Counted from the first letter of the whole stretch, positions 36,401-50,644 are shown. The stretch is DNA of 63,434 bases, filler included, from Choristocarpus tenellus KU-1152 (GCA_964200185.2; 9 parts of 9 records of this genome joined end to end with filler, not necessarily neighbours in it), one strand, 5' to 3'. Numbers and translations are program-made. The notes: a model not told the origin generated them from the sequence alone.

Positions 36401-37483
36401 TCAAAGTTTCCATTCATATCCTAACCCAAACCCGAAAAACATCAATAAAAAATAAAACTGAATAAAAAACTAAAAACGATTCCATAAAGGCACTACTTGC
36501 AAACGTTGTGTCAGGTTTCAGATGCCTTCCTTCTCTTTAGTAGTCCATACTACTTAACCCGGGAAACTAAGCTCTCAACTTTGAATATATAGGTACAACA
36601 TGTACACAAAAAAAAGATATTTCAATATGATAGCACCGACAAACCTGGGTTGCCTCCGCCCCCTGAATAAAGAAACAAACTAAGAACTTCGAAAAAACCA
36701 CCGTTCCCCTACGCCACAGCAGGGATTCAAAAGCCTCCTATCTCAAGTCCCTTCAACCCACAAGAACTTCTAACCCTAACCCTAACAAAACCTACCTATA
36801 CACACTTCATATTAGTTAGTATACGTCAAGCACCATCACATCATCCCCCTCCCTAACCAGGAACACCGAAATAGGGTCAAAAGTGTGCAGGCCGGCAGGC
36901 TATGTCATTGATCCTGACCAAAATAAACAAGGTTAAGCCCCTCACCAACAAGAACATGGGGAGATCAACAAGTACATACACAGTGTATCATATCATATCA
37001 TGGTATGACCTAACGCCATCATACCGAGGTTGGTTTATTTCCCAATGGAATTCAAACCGTTACCACCAAAAAAAAAATGTATATCAGCCAATTTACATTC
37101 TCCCTCCCCACCCCCCCACCCCTCAACCCCCAACCCCCCTGGCTGCGACTCCGACTCCACCTCGACACCAGCAGAGCCTTCCCCAGACACAACAATGAAA
37201 AAATGGGGATGAGGCTCGGTTCACCTATCTTGGACTTTTCTGGTCTGTGCCCTCTTGAGCCTTTCCTTCGCCCTCGCATTAGCAATCGCCGGCTTCGCCT
37301 GCCGAGGTTCCTGAGGGGTACCGCTCTCAATCTGCCTCACTTCCTCCCCTAGGCTTTTGTGTCTCTTCGGCATCCCAGAAGAGGAAACCAAGGACGAACC
37401 AGGGACAATGGTGGCGCCACCAACTGGGAGTACAACAGTGGTAAGAAGGCGCTGAGTAAAAAGAGGTTGGGGAGTATTCCCAT
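33465..37483 (-). CDS. Unknown protein, candidate exons
   Basis: Open exon 37483-37225 (GNTPQPLFTQRLLTTVVLP...AKERLKRAQTRKVQD, ending phase 2) is phase-compatible with exon 33555-33465 (WSSDNEDIQGFEDGVERPGSW...). Confidence 0.4.
34381..34984. repeat. AT-rich satellite-like array of alternating ~81 and ~66 bp monomers (147-bp dimer)
   Basis: Monomers begin TA(G/C)TTT(T/C)AAAGTCAACTAATTCATATTAT. Starts at 34709, 34790 and 34856 give 81+66=147 bp. Confidence 0.9.
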
Positions 37484-38195
37484 CTGCAATGGGGGGGGTG
37501 AGGGGGGGGGTTCAATTGCCAAAATTGCAACCAACCTCAACCCCAATCTCAACACTGTCGAAGCTATAGAAACCTACGTANNNNNNNNNNNNNNNNNNNN
37601 NNNNNNNNNNNNNNNNNNNNNNNNTTAATTAATTAANNNNNNNNNNNNNNNNNNNNNNNNNNNNNNNNNNNNNNNNNNNNGGGGGGGTGCCGGCGTCCAT
37701 TCTTTACTGCAGCCTACTCCCTTGCTCAACCAACACCTGACTAGGTAACACATATAGAGATCACTGGAAACGGAAACGCCACCTTGGGCACCGGTTCATT
37801 TACAAACAATAAAACAAAACAAAACACCGAAAAAGAAGTTTTACGGAACGCAAAAGTAGAAGTAGAATAATTTTGTAGAACAATTCTTTGTTTCCACATA
37901 GGTAAAAGAGCAAAATCCCAGAGAGAGACCTACCTACCTGAATGACCGGAATACGTAACAGTTCTATTTATTTTTTTGTTCTCTCTTTTCCGTAACTGCC
38001 GTTTCAAAAATAAATAAATAAACAAAACACAACAAAACAAAAAACATCTGTGTACAGACGCATCGATTACGATCATCCACAGAAGAAGAAGAAGAAGAAG
38101 AAGAAGAAGAAGAAAAAGAAGAAGAAAAAAAAACTCTCAAAAGGCTTTGGAATCGGGACGCGGGACACCCTAACCCTATGCACTTGCTCGCTCGC

Positions 38196-38891
38196 CTTGA
38201 GTGCAAACTCCAGACCTCCTGCATGCATGCATAAGCCCCCCCGCGATTTGACAAGCTCTTCCTTTGTCCATAGGGTTAGCGCCGGCCAACTGCCACATGT
38301 CCAGATTAAGAACAGTTTTCGGTCGTCCAAGCGCGCGTGTGTGTTGTGTGTTGTGTGTGTGCGTGTAGTGGATGGGAAATCAGAGGGAGACTGCTGAAAG
38401 AAAAAAAAAATCAATTAAATCTACTGTGTATCTGCACCTGTGTATTATCTCACACAGTCCCTGCATGTCACCGCAGGTCAACGGTCATCGGGGAGGACAG
38501 AAGCAGTCCCTGCCTTGATGCACGGGGGATATTACTTCTCAGAATAGGCAAGAAAATACACGGCAGCAGAACAACCTTACTTCTCAGAACAAAACACCAT
38601 ACACTTATATAGGGGTGCCAGCACGCCCCATTCGCTGCAACATATCAGAGTAGAATATGAGCACACGCACGGGTGCATTGACAATTTAGAGGTGTAGCTT
38701 CACTGACTCCCTCCAATATTGAAACAAAACGTACCAAAACATACTGATAACCCTAGCCCTAACCCTAACCCTACGCATGTATGCCTCTGTACGTGTAACT
38801 CCCTCCTGGCCGGTACATACATACATACAGTGTTACCACATACATACAGACAGTACACACAAAAAAGAAAAAGCATGAAATAAAAAAAGTA

Positions 38892-38930
<39 letters not shown>

Positions 38931-39687
38931 ACAACCCACCCCCTTCACCCCCCCTTCCACATACCCCAAAAAGTTTTNNNNNNNNNNCATGAAATAAAAA
39001 AAGTAACTGCCCCCCACCCCCCACCCCGCCCCTGCCCCCCACCAACACACACACCTTGCAGCACCATCTGCAAGTACCACAGGAATGTTTGGCACCTCGT
39101 AGCACTCACGAAATTGCTCTGGGCTGAGTCCAGAACGCCTGTCCACATTGCTGCGAGATACCCACTCCTTCCGAATGGGTGAAGTAGCACACAGGTGGGG
39201 CTGAAAGAGGAGGTCGGAGAAAAAGCCTTCCACCTGCCAAATGCGTTCACAACGCAGAGGCGTTCAGTTGTGCAAAAAAAAATAAAAAATACTCAGGATC
39301 GCAGTAAAAGAAAAAGAATTTGAAAGCTTTTCCCCCTTGGACAGCGGCAAGGAAGGCCCTTTTGGGGTAGCGGTTGCACTCCTTGGATAATACCATGTGA
39401 GACGGAGATGCTTTCGGTCTTAAAAGGGTCCCTAGGACTACCTTGTTGTATATGCGTCTTGAGCACTGCAGAGGGTGCTTTCAGGCAACAACGTGTTTGC
39501 AAGGCAATCCTTCTTCCACATCCACACTCTACAGGGGAAACGGGGGGGGGGGGGGGGGGGGGGGGGGGGTACCACAAAGTGAGGCAAGGGACGCGCAAAC
39601 ACTCAACAAGGAGAAAAAAAAAAAATGGNNNNNNNNNNGTGCGTCACCCGTCCGCAGTGGCAGCGCGGGCACCCCCGTCCGGGCGCG

Positions 39688-39733
<46 letters not shown>

Positions 39734-42318
39734 GTTAACTGCAATTGAGGCACAGGCATCGTATACATTCCACAAGGTTCAAATACATCTTACACCTCAA
39801 AGGGGTCAAACTCAGCCTGCCTCTTGGACAGCTTCACCCCCTCTGTGTGAGGTGATGCAGTATTTAATAGGCAGTAATAGAAAGAGCCAAGACCATAACG
39901 AGCCCCCCCACATATCAACGGATCCCAACTTAAGAGCAGTACACTTCCCAACTAAAAAACAGTAGACTTGACAGGAACGCTGCTCACACGCCCAAATAAA
40001 AAGGCCCTGCAAAAGACCTCAGAACAGCCAAGAGACTACCTGTCCCCAACCAAGAAAAATTCAAAAGGAACTCCCACTACAGGGCTATAGATGTCCTACT
40101 CGGCCTGAAGGAATACATACATACATACATACATAAATACATATATACATACATATATACATACATACATACATACGCGCCCTAGCCCTAGAGTTCGCGC
40201 TAGTAAAACTCTCAAGGGAAACAAAACTCTCAAGGTAGACGGTAACACAATGCTTCGCCACTAGTCCAGACGTAACGCCCACAAAATAATCGACCCCCCC
40301 CCAAAAAAAATGGCACACAAGAGCAAAAAGGAAACAGGGTCTGAGTGTTTTGGGTGGGCCACCAACTAACCCTATACACTCTTCCATTGGAGGTCCAGCG
40401 GGACAGGTATGGCTTTAGTTGCTGACAGAATGAGGTGTACCTAAATGCGGTCGAGGTTCCTTCCAGAGCTGTATCAGATACATACTCGAGACTAAAACAC
40501 AAACCTATTTCCTTGCCTCTATGCACACTGCCAGACATTTCACACCGGCTCTTTTTATTCTGCAAGACAACGCCGAGACGTACGGTGCACGCACGTGGTT
40601 TCTTGTGTTTCTTGTGTTTCTTGTGTTTCTTGTGTAGGGCACCTCAGCGGATAGACAACCCGATTGAGAGCACGGCCCTTTCGAAGGCAGATTTTGTTGT
40701 AGTAGTGTGTGCAAAGGGAGTGCAATAGAGCAAAACCTCTCTCATAAAATGAAGCAGGCCCGAAAACAACCATTGTGTGAGGCTTTTCTCTTGGCACGGA
40801 ATATGCACTAGCTGACTCCAACTCATCCTTCAGCATCGACTTGCAAGTGGAGGGAAGGAGGGTAAATACTGATCATTCACGACTACAGCTTCCCTCATCC
40901 TCAAAAAGTGCAGCGAGTGTTACATATGCAAAGGGAACACGTAAAAAAAAGACGTTTCCTCCCGTTTGTTTTTTTTAATTTTTTTTGTTTTTAGTACTCC
41001 TGGATCTCCACTGGATATGATACAGCCGGTTGATCAACAAGTAGTACTTTTTCATTGACCAATCATAGTGCACCTTGATCGGCACATGCAGTCTCCCCTG
41101 AAAGTCCGGCCTCAAGAGAGACTGCATTGTGCTCTTCCACCGTCCCCCCTGTGTCTTGAGGGTCCTCCCTGGTTGTTGCGACATCTTCTGCTTGGAAAAG
41201 CGCGGTAATATTGGCAAGATTCAAAGGGTTAGTAGGGTTAGGTCTAGCAAGTCATCATGAGCAAGTGGCATGATATAGGTCAGAGTATTGTGTGTGCCAT
41301 CATAGGGATAGACAAACGAGTGAGTGTGCATCTCAGATCATGTTGATGCACACTATACAAAAACGGACATGTAGCTCATGTGTTTCATGACACACTGAGC
41401 AACCTCTGGAGTCTGGGAATACATGCTGAGGTCATGATAGCCCTGGCTGTCACAATATCAAAGATTGACCCTACGATGCAAGAAATTCTAGACGTGGGGA
41501 GATCTAAATATAATACTAGCGTGTCAGAACGCTAGGACTACTCAAAAATTGTTTGCAGTTTCTGATCATCTAGTACCTGTGGATGTGTCGATGTCAAAGA
41601 AGAACACCTTCACGCCGACGGACTTATTACAGGTTACTTGAAAAATTATGAATAGATGAGGACAAGAAGAGCAACCAAGCTCTCAGCCTTGATTCAAATG
41701 TATGCACCTGCATGACCAGTGCCTTCCACAGGTCGTCAACGTGACTCAACACGTACAGGGCTCGGCTCACACAGGCAAGACGGCACAGGTCCTGAGCCTC
41801 CATATACTCCATCAAGCCAAGGATACTCTGGTCCTGTTGAAGGGGGTGACGATGAATGTGCCAATCCAAGGCGCATGGGTTAAACGCAAGATTGGGGTGG
41901 TCCTTGTTTTGACCAATTCTGAAGGAGGCGGGCAATGAGGTCAACACGAAGAGATCGATGCAACAAGGAAAAGATGGGTTGATGCAACAGTGTTTCATAT
42001 CAGACTACTTTTTAGTCGATCAAAAAGTGACATATATCTACCATCTACCGGGTGAGAGCACATTTCCGGTAGAAGGGCTCGTTGGCCTGCAGGCAAACAT
42101 AAGGAATATACTGAGAACATGAATCTCAATGAGGTCCAAGTAGGCTAACCAGGGAGTTCTCAACGTCAACAATTACATTTTCCAATTGTACTTACACTCA
42201 GAAAATGCAGCAGTCCAAGGCCTCCAGGCCGGCAGTTCGTGGAACCCTTGAGAAAAATGTTGCCCATTGGCTCGACGCCGTAAGGGTGCTGTCGGCTTTC
42301 ACCCTTCACGGTATTCGC
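38196..42318 (-). CDS. F-box and JmjC domain protein (JMJD6-like, plant JMJ22-type), N-terminal part
   Basis: Exons 42318-42196 (HPYGVEPMGNIF..NCRPGGLGLLHFLS), 41833-41708 (DQSILGLMEYMEAQDLCRLACVSRALYVLSHVDDLWKALV, F-box), 41187-41074 (GGRWKST..HVPIK), 39233-39055 (VEGFFSDLLFQPHLCA..NVDRRSGLSPEQFRECYEVPNIPVVL) and 38289-38196 (WPALTLWTKEEL..HAGGLEFALK). All are phase-compatible. The catalytic JmjC core was not found in this contig. Confidence 0.88.
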
Positions 42319-43816
42319 CTGTGTGTCCTATGTTTACGGATTCCGAGGGGCGAACACACCGATACACCCGATTGTTATAAACTGGCAGGAAGCGGATGTT
42401 CATGTTGCGACCAGGACTCCAGCCATTGCCATTCTAGGTAATCTTTTCAAGATGGGATGGATCTATACGTGTTTCAGACAAGGTATCTGTAGAGGTCGTA
42501 GAAATCAAATAGGTGGTTCATTGCAAAACGAAAGAACCACAAGTATGCCAGAGCAAGGGATTCAAACATTGTCTTGCCTGGCTCCGATTAACCATCGTCA
42601 CCCAGTGTCTGGGATGTGGGAGTGATCTGATTGGGATCTCTCTTATTGAGGTTGTTTGTTGATGAGCCAAAAACATGCCTTCCATGTGGTATAAGGTACT
42701 TCTACCCCAACACAATAATCACTACTGGTCCTCCTTCTACAAAGGTACAAAGGACTTGGCCTAGATTAAGAGCAGGAACCGGGTGGAGGACAAAAGGAGG
42801 GTATATTGGTGCAATGGTGAGACTTTGCAAAGGGTGGAGAAAAAATTAAGTGTTCGTGTGTCGGAACAGTGTTCCAGTGGTGATGGTACTCACCCCGTTG
42901 CGGTTGGTAATGCCTTTGAGCGGGACCCTATACTCCAGCACCCCATTGGCCAGTTCTGCCTTAGTATTTTACCATGCAGCAATGTGTCAGTTTTTCGAAT
43001 GTTGAAGGTCTTCTGGCGATTAGCAGAAGGAAAGCATTTACCATCCTTTACCACCGCTATGACCACGTAAGATAATTGCAATTGGTCCTCTCTGACTTGA
43101 TTGGAGTTTTATCAAGTGATCTCTTGGTGGTGTATGAGTTGAAACCCCTGATATAAATCGTTCTGGGTCACTGACCTTTCTTTAGTGAACCTAATCTCTG
43201 AGAAAGTACAGTCATTACTCTTCAGAAAGAATGACTCATCTTGATATCGGAAAACCGAGTGCAATTCCACTTCCACTGAATCAAAGTAACGAAGGGGCGG
43301 GGGAAGTTTTGAAAAATTAGGTTTTAAGTGGGTTTTCAAATTTGTTCACAGAATTGAAGATGTTCGAGAATGTCTCGTTGGTGTGGACAACTTGTTGAAA
43401 ACTCCATTTACCCACAACACAGTCAAAATTTACTTTACAGATGCGAACTAGTGCAAAATCAGTGCCACCCTCCTCTCGGTTACCTTGACTGACTAAATGC
43501 TTTGGCCTCCTTTAATGCGCGTCTATTATACATCCATGCTCTGCCCACTTATCTCATTTCTCCCGCCATGCTTCTTTGTTCCCTTGTGGAATGCAAGAAT
43601 GTATCAGTTGGGCATATTGTACACAGTGGGGTAGTTCAGGCGTAATATGGTGTAGTTATTCCCAATTCCCCATCAAATCGCTTGGAGAGTGTGGGATAAT
43701 CGCTCGAGTCCTCGTGTTTTACCCTCCCAAAGCTTGGTGGGGACTACTGCTGTGTAGAGTAAGTCCATGTTTGTCCATCTCCTCACTGCTTTACCCACTG
43801 CCATGAGTTACTGCAG

Positions 43817-45084
43817 GCGGATGCAGAAGATCCCGTTGACCCCTATCCCGCAGTCAAGGAGAAGTGTTCCAAGACATCGAAGTGCACTAGTCTGTTGAAG
43901 GATTATGAGGTATGCCTCCAAGTGGGACTAGGGAACAAGGAAGACAGAATTGTGTACATGATTACATCACCCAGCCACCTGTTTAAAGTGTAGACCGCGT
44001 GTTGCAGGTTCTTGTCGATAATGACGAGGGTGTGTGCTAGTACTCCACAAGAGTCAACTGTGAATGTGTCAGGAGTAGACAAGATCGTTGTTATTATGCT
44101 TGAGGAGATAACCATACAAACACACAATGACAAAAGGTTCAGGCTCGGTGTTCCCCTTTTCTTGTGGAGATAAGTGATCACTTACTGAGTGCGATTCGGT
44201 TAAACCAAAAACCAGTCGTTATTTGCAATTGCTGTAGAGTTTTCGATAGTGTTATGGAACAGTTTGTTTTTTTATCCTATCGGGATGATCCTGTTAGGCA
44301 GTTGAAGTCAGCGATGCCCTGAAAGTCTCTCCATGTCATTTTGTTGGTTTCCGGGGAGTGACGCAATTTCGCAACACAAACCCAACGAAGGGGTGTGTGC
44401 GAGTTTTGTTTTTTGTTTTTTAAGTAGTCCACCAACCCTGAGCTAATGCTTACCCGAGTATGGAAGCAACATGAGGTCGCGATTGGTCCATGACTTGATG
44501 CTTACAGCATCGTTACACAATAAACGGTTGATTTTGGTAATGTAGTGTGGAAGCTAATGCAAACAGAGGAACATCTCATAGGCATGGTGAGACATTTTTG
44601 TTGCCACCGACTTAAATAACACTCATGTGTCACCTTTTTTTATTGAACCGGGAAATATTCATTGATCCTTTTTTTTAGACTCATTTTGATCTCTTAGTGC
44701 AGTCCCCACATTCCTCACTATGCCAACATGACAACTATTTTGGGGTAAAAAAAGCACGCACTTTTTTTTTTTTAGTTGCTGCCTCTTCTCGTTTCTGGCC
44801 TGTCCTGTCTCCTCAAAAATTGATTTTAAGCCCAAATTTAACATGTGAAAAAATTGAAACTTTTTTTTTAGCCTGACCAGCTTGTGAGTATCTTCAAAAG
44901 AACAAATTGGTCAATAGTTGTCCAAGTGCCTATAAATGTGTGTGTGTGTGTGTTTTGCACCTCAATGATATTTCCTGTCCATCCCCTGCCCACTGTCCAG
45001 GCATGCGCTGTCAGGGTAATTGACAAGGGCCACGGAACCTGCGAGCCATGGTACTTTGACTACCTCAAGTGTGTGGATAAATGT
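43817..45084 (+). CDS. QCR6: Cytochrome b-c1 complex subunit 6 (hinge protein), internal exons
   Basis: Exons 43817-43909 (ADAEDPVDPYPAVKEKCSKTSKCTSLLKDYE) and 45001-45084 (ACAVRVIDKGHGTCEPWYFDYLKCVDKC) give the VDP..C..C..Y..C..R..CE..YFDY..CVDKC hinge pattern. A possible ATG-only first exon lies at 43647-43649. The last exon was not found. Confidence 0.92.
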
Positions 45085-46099
45085 GTGAGTGGGGCAAGGG
45101 GAGATTCTCATGGTGGATGAAGTTGCACTTCTGATTGGTACACAAAATTCAGATAACTATGAGGAATGGATATTCTTCCACTTGTAATTGCCTTAGAGGT
45201 ATTTTGGAGAGGTTGGTGATAGAGCTGAGTGAGCGTGCCATACAATACAAAAAGTTGATCTTGGGACTCGAAAGGAAATCCTCCCCATCTGGTACAGACC
45301 CAACAGCGAATCTAACATTCTTTATGTGGACTTGAAGGGTGAAGTTAGAGCTGAAGAAGTTGCAGGCGGGTCTAAGGCTTCCTTGGCCCCCAACCCAAAT
45401 AAGTGCAAATCTTGCTCATGTGTGGATATGAAGTCTTTGTCCCATGCTTGGTGAAGAAAACTCAGAACTCTCTTCTGTGACCCCTTTTTCCTGTCCTTGA
45501 AGCTAGTGGTAGCATCCCGGGAGTTGAATATATTCGACAGTCAGTCGCAATCACTTAAATGTCCTGAGTCGGTTGTCAGGTCTATCCACTTGTTTACCGG
45601 TTGATTGGGCAGAAAAGACGGCCACGCTACAATGGCCAAGGTCCACTATGAGTCAACACTCAAAACCTTGGATGATGGATCGAAAAAATAGAGATGTACG
45701 TGTCAAGATCCCAACATAGGAGGTGTATGATCATTAGGCACCCACCCAGGCCCTACCACTGACCCTGAGTTTTGTTAGTAATTTTTTGGAGCTGTCTCTT
45801 TCTCTCTTCCCCCCCCCCCCTACGAACCCAAACCCCCCCAAAACACTTTGTTCACCCCTTCCTCCAAACCCACACAATTTCTTTTTTTTTTNNNNNNNNN
45901 NNNNNNNNNNNNNNNNNNNNNNNNNNNNNNNNNNNTTAATTAATTAANNNNNNNNNNNNNNNNNNNNNNNNNNNNNNNNNNNNNNNNNNNNACAGTAATC
46001 TCATATACACAAAATAAGGTACACCTCACTATTGTCCTATTTTGCACAGACTTCACAGGGTTAGACTCCGCCACATCCCAAAGGGGTAAGCTCAGACCT

Positions 46100-49000
46100 C
46101 CATCGCGATTAGACGTACGTCAATGTAGCCCAGGCTTAGCGTAATTACAGCAATCAGGGATTAGCACTTCCAGAATAAACGTTCTATATCATCCTATGTC
46201 ATATGGTTCCCAACTCCCACATTCAAATCCGAACTAGAGACACGTGGTGTTCACTAGGAATACCATAGTTCAGAACCGGTAATGCACACGCCCTCCCTTG
46301 AACAACACGACGAAACCTCTTGATCTAGAACATTAAATCCGATGCGCCAATCCCGATATTTTACAATGTTTTACGATATTCTACTGGTAGCTATTGGTGT
46401 GTAGTGAATATGCTTGGAGGTTACACTCCACCAAACGTTCGTCGTTCATGATCCCAAAAATCAACAATAGCCTCTAACTTGCCGTACGACAAACTTCGTC
46501 AATTCACCACGTCTTACAAGGTTTAGAACATTATTCCAAACGTTTTGGATGTGCTCCACATATATCTGGACACTCGATGCACACCTTTTGAAGATGGACA
46601 AGTAGAGGCAGTTTCCGTCCTCGCGGTCTCCAAGTTTCCACCATAAAAAAGTTCATACGTTTGATGCTACCCGATATAACCCTAGACTGTCCAACACACC
46701 ATGGGCACAATCTGTAAGCGCTCCCCTCGACTGAACAACGTGGCATCACTATCGATGTTTGCATCCTCAACACAGAAGTCAAGAAGCAAAGGGAAACAAT
46801 CCCACAAAGCCCACACACCGTATCCTCTCGTTATGTTCACACAGAAAACCGAAAAAGGGCATAAAAAAACCGTGGGAAGCCAAGCCCCGAACGGACAAAC
46901 AGGGAAAAATTCCTACTATCTTAAATGCTTTGACTCCTCAGTGCAGCCACGTCCAAGATGAAAGCTGCCAGTGCATCTGCGGCACGATCCTTTTTAGATC
47001 AGGAATCGCATCCATTTCGTCTTGGTGCAGTTGTCGATGAAGATTGTGGAATAGTAATACTAGCAGCCCCCAAAGCCTATGCACTGACTTAGATCCACTC
47101 AAATCAGTGAATACCCTCTCAAGTGTCCTGGTTGCCCGAGATTCCGTTCTTCGTGGCACTGGAGCACGGTGAGCTTTGGCCTGTGAAAATCCAACACACG
47201 GTGTTGAAACCTGATTTCATGTGAGTTGTGTATTATTGTTGTGATGTGTCTGGTTTGTGATGAAGGAGGTTACAGCGCAACAAAGCACTGATGAATTTTT
47301 TCTGGTAGGTCTGATGACATGTTGTATTCAGTCAGACATGTTGTATTCAGTCAGACATGTTGTATTCAGTCAGACAGTGCTCGATGTGAAGGCATGTTTG
47401 GTTGTGCGGTGATTAACACGGTTAGAGGCAAGTGTGTGTCATAGTGCAACAAGACCCCTGCGGGTTCGGTTTAATGTGTCTGAAGGGATGCCTTACTCAA
47501 TCAGACTTTGATTGAAGTGAGATGGGTATTGATATGTCTGTGGTATATATTACTCAAGGAGACAGTGATTGATAGAAACTGTGTGGTCATTCGTTGAGAC
47601 ATTCAAATGAAGAAGTTCATCCTCTATGAAGAGGGTTGTCACCTTGGCAGAGAATGGTTTTGAAGGTTGGTTTTAACTCTGTTTATATTGCATCTTGGTG
47701 TGTGTGTCTTATACGTGTTGCAGAGTGATGGCACGTCTTATTGAGGGACCGTCAGTGAAGTAAAAATAAGAATCAACACATGCTATGCAACTGATAACTT
47801 GTGTGAAAAAGAAGTAATACAGGAAGAAAGAAGAAGCCAAGCTTGGATCCACATCTAACATAACTACTGTCATACATCTTCTGAATGAGTTGTGATGATG
47901 AGCTAATGAGCCAATGATATAAATGGGAATAGCAACCATTGCAATGAACAAATCAACGTTCAGTATGAACTGACGACACTGTATGGTATCAGAGCAAATC
48001 GAATGCGTAGCCTATGTTTTAACACACGGTTCCCAATTTCCAATGAGATCAATCCCATTGGCTATTTTATAGTCTTGCCTGTCACCTGTTCATGAGGATG
48101 GCGAAGGCATCGGTGAAATTCGTTGATGTTAATCCTGACCTTCGATGTGATCATCAATCCAGTTGAGTTTTTTTTTAACCTATACATGCAGCCCATGTAG
48201 AAGACATTCACGACCAGTATCACAAGATAATCCAGTCAATTATTTCCATCAATTGTCAATGCATCAGACTCAACAATACTGTGTCGCCCTGACGTCTCAC
48301 AGATGGTTCGAACTGAACATAGGCTGTACGCTAGTGTGGGCACTACATCAACCTTCTTCAAAGTCACACTGTACCCCACTCCTTCCGCTGATGATGGCAC
48401 CATTTCCATCCAGCCCCATCTAGCAACATATTATTCCTTTCCATCTCCAACAACTAACTTGTCTCCTTTGCCATTTTCCCTCCAACCTCGCTCACCAGCA
48501 AACGAATTGGCCATGTGACCACCTGCTTCAGTGTCAAAAATCCATTCTTCGGCGTCTGTTGGTCTCCCTGTGTACAGGTTGTCTTGTTGGTCACTACAGA
48601 CGCTCTTCCCCTATGTTGGTGTCTCATGTCAACATTCGTACCATGAGAAGCACGATCTTGAGTGCTCTCACTTCCATCAGTACCATCATTGTCCCCACCA
48701 TTTCCATCACCTCCACCAGCAGTATGACCACGACCTCTTGGGCCCCTTTGTCTCCCATCATTGTCATGACCATAACCCGTTCGTTGTTCACAGCATGTCG
48801 CTGCCAAATGCCCCATCTTCCGACAAACATAACATTCCTTGTGCTTGGTGGGATATTTATTGCTGTAGTATCCCTGCTTGCCATAGACGTAGCATTTTAT
48901 CCGCTCCAACCATGGGTGCCACATGCTGCCTCCTGGTCGCCAAACCCGTCGTCATTCTTCCCTGATGAACAGCTATCTCAGTCTTCAACTGGTGAGACCT

Positions 49001-49800
49001 GTTCTCAAGCCCCTGTTTCAACTCCGTCCTTGTAAGAGTAGTTGCCCTCATGAGCAACATTCAACATTCCAGCTCATACTCCTCTGGTAATCCTCCCAGA
49101 ATAGTGACATCCAGTTCCTTGTTGAAAATTCTCTGATCAATTGTGGTTAATTGCTTGGTTAGTTGGCGCACCTTCAGCATGTAAGGCTGGGGCTTCTCTC
49201 TTGATCCAAGTTGACTCAATCGGAGCTCATCCCGAACACTGAGTCTTTCATACAAGGTACGTGGTTCGAAGTAATCATGCAAGGCATCCATTGCACTTCT
49301 TGGTGCCTTGTGCTCCATCACGATTTCTAACGCCATCCCCTTTCATGCCATCTATTCAGAAGGGCCATCCATCCCCTGTTAAAGGTGTCGCAATCATCTG
49401 TGCTCCCTCAATCTGTTCCTTCCTGCAGATGGCCCAAGCTCCCCTACTGAATGCATAAGGTGTCCTGCTCGCTGCCATAAAAGCATGAAAACGAATTTCC
49501 ATGCTATCCATTCATCGGTCTCTCTGTTCCATACAGGTACCTCCAATCTGTACATTAAATCCCTGCTCCTCTGCAGAGGTTATTGTTGTACATGCTGCTC
49601 CTGTTTTACCGGCCGCCCTATCGCAACCTGCCCTCCTTGCTTGGCCAACGCAGCTTCCACAGCCTTAGCTACGCCCAAGGTCACATTCTTCCCTAGCCTT
49701 GCCTCAACCCTCTCTGCTACTCTCAATTCAGTGGCTGACTCGATTTCTACCGCCATGTCTTGGTCACCCCCCGAAGCCATGACATCCCTGACTCTTCCTT
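46100..49800 (-). mobile_element. Copia/Ty1 LTR retrotransposon relic (gag, zinc knuckles, protease, integrase)
   Basis: Gag-like 49336-49061 (DALHDYFEPRT...VTILGGLPEEYE), knuckles CYVYGKQGYYSNKYP and CYVCRKMGHLAATC, protease EWIFDTEAGGHM (~48515-48550) and integrase PRRTESRATRTLERVFTDLSG (~47160-47095). This is Copia gene order. Confidence 0.85.
47316..47376. repeat. 19-bp tandem repeat x3
   Basis: GACATGTTGTATTCAGTCA repeated three times. Confidence 0.85.
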
Positions 49801-50644
49801 CTGCTGCTTCCTCAAATCAAGCAGTTCAAACAGTACCTCCTGGTCTGTAGTGCACAATAAGAAAGATGGCTTCATTTTAAAATGTGTTCTCAAGCTACCA
49901 AAGAGTATGCTGCTTCACCAAGAAGAAGAGGATGATGTAAAATGTGCGTTTGTTAAGTTACAGCGAAGATTGAGTCCTATCCGTAAGTGGGGGTGTTGTC
50001 CTACCCTCGATATAATCATCCTAGCAGAAATCTTAGAAGTTACCAAACAATAAATTTCCTAGACCATTACTCGAACATCACAACATTCTAATATTCCTTT
50101 CCATCACTCATGAATCATTCTAGTTACACTATATTGCTTCAAATGTTAGTTCATATATACTAAGAGCAACATTGAGTGGGTACAGTACTACAACACATGT
50201 CCCTATTGAACATATACGTCTCACCTTGTATCCAGGCTGATTGATATGCTGATCTCATACTCTCAGACCTCATAAGCTTGATTGGTATGCTGACCACATA
50301 CCATCAACCATAGGCTAATGATATCCTTATCAGATACTGATTAATGCCTCATTTATATATTACACATAATTTGTATTAATGTAGTTGTGTAATATAATGG
50401 CACAATAGTATACTAACAATCACACATGTTTCCCATTTTGCTCCCAGAGCTCACTTTTTGGTTGACCTTGAATCATGTTTACATGTCTTCAAGGCCGATC
50501 AGAAGGGGGGGTGATGTGGAAAGCAGGTTTGTCCGTTATTACAGTGTTATTGCCATGTGCCATATACCGTTACACCGATTAAGGTTCCTGATTTCAGTGG
50601 AGGATCTTCCATGAGGAGGAATCCATAGAATCTCTTCAAGAGAC

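Noticed and set aside
39408-39965. 185-aa Gly-rich ORF and similar ORFs over poly-G/C, (GAA)n, (GT)n and (TAT)n tracts
   Set aside because: Intronic homopolymers and microsatellites spanning N gaps, with no coding signal.
47984-47995. TGGTATCAGAGC, the canonical tRNA-iMet primer binding site
   Set aside because: It is on the strand opposite the Copia relic, internal to it, and not preceded by a recognisable LTR end. It may be chance or an untraceable nested fragment.
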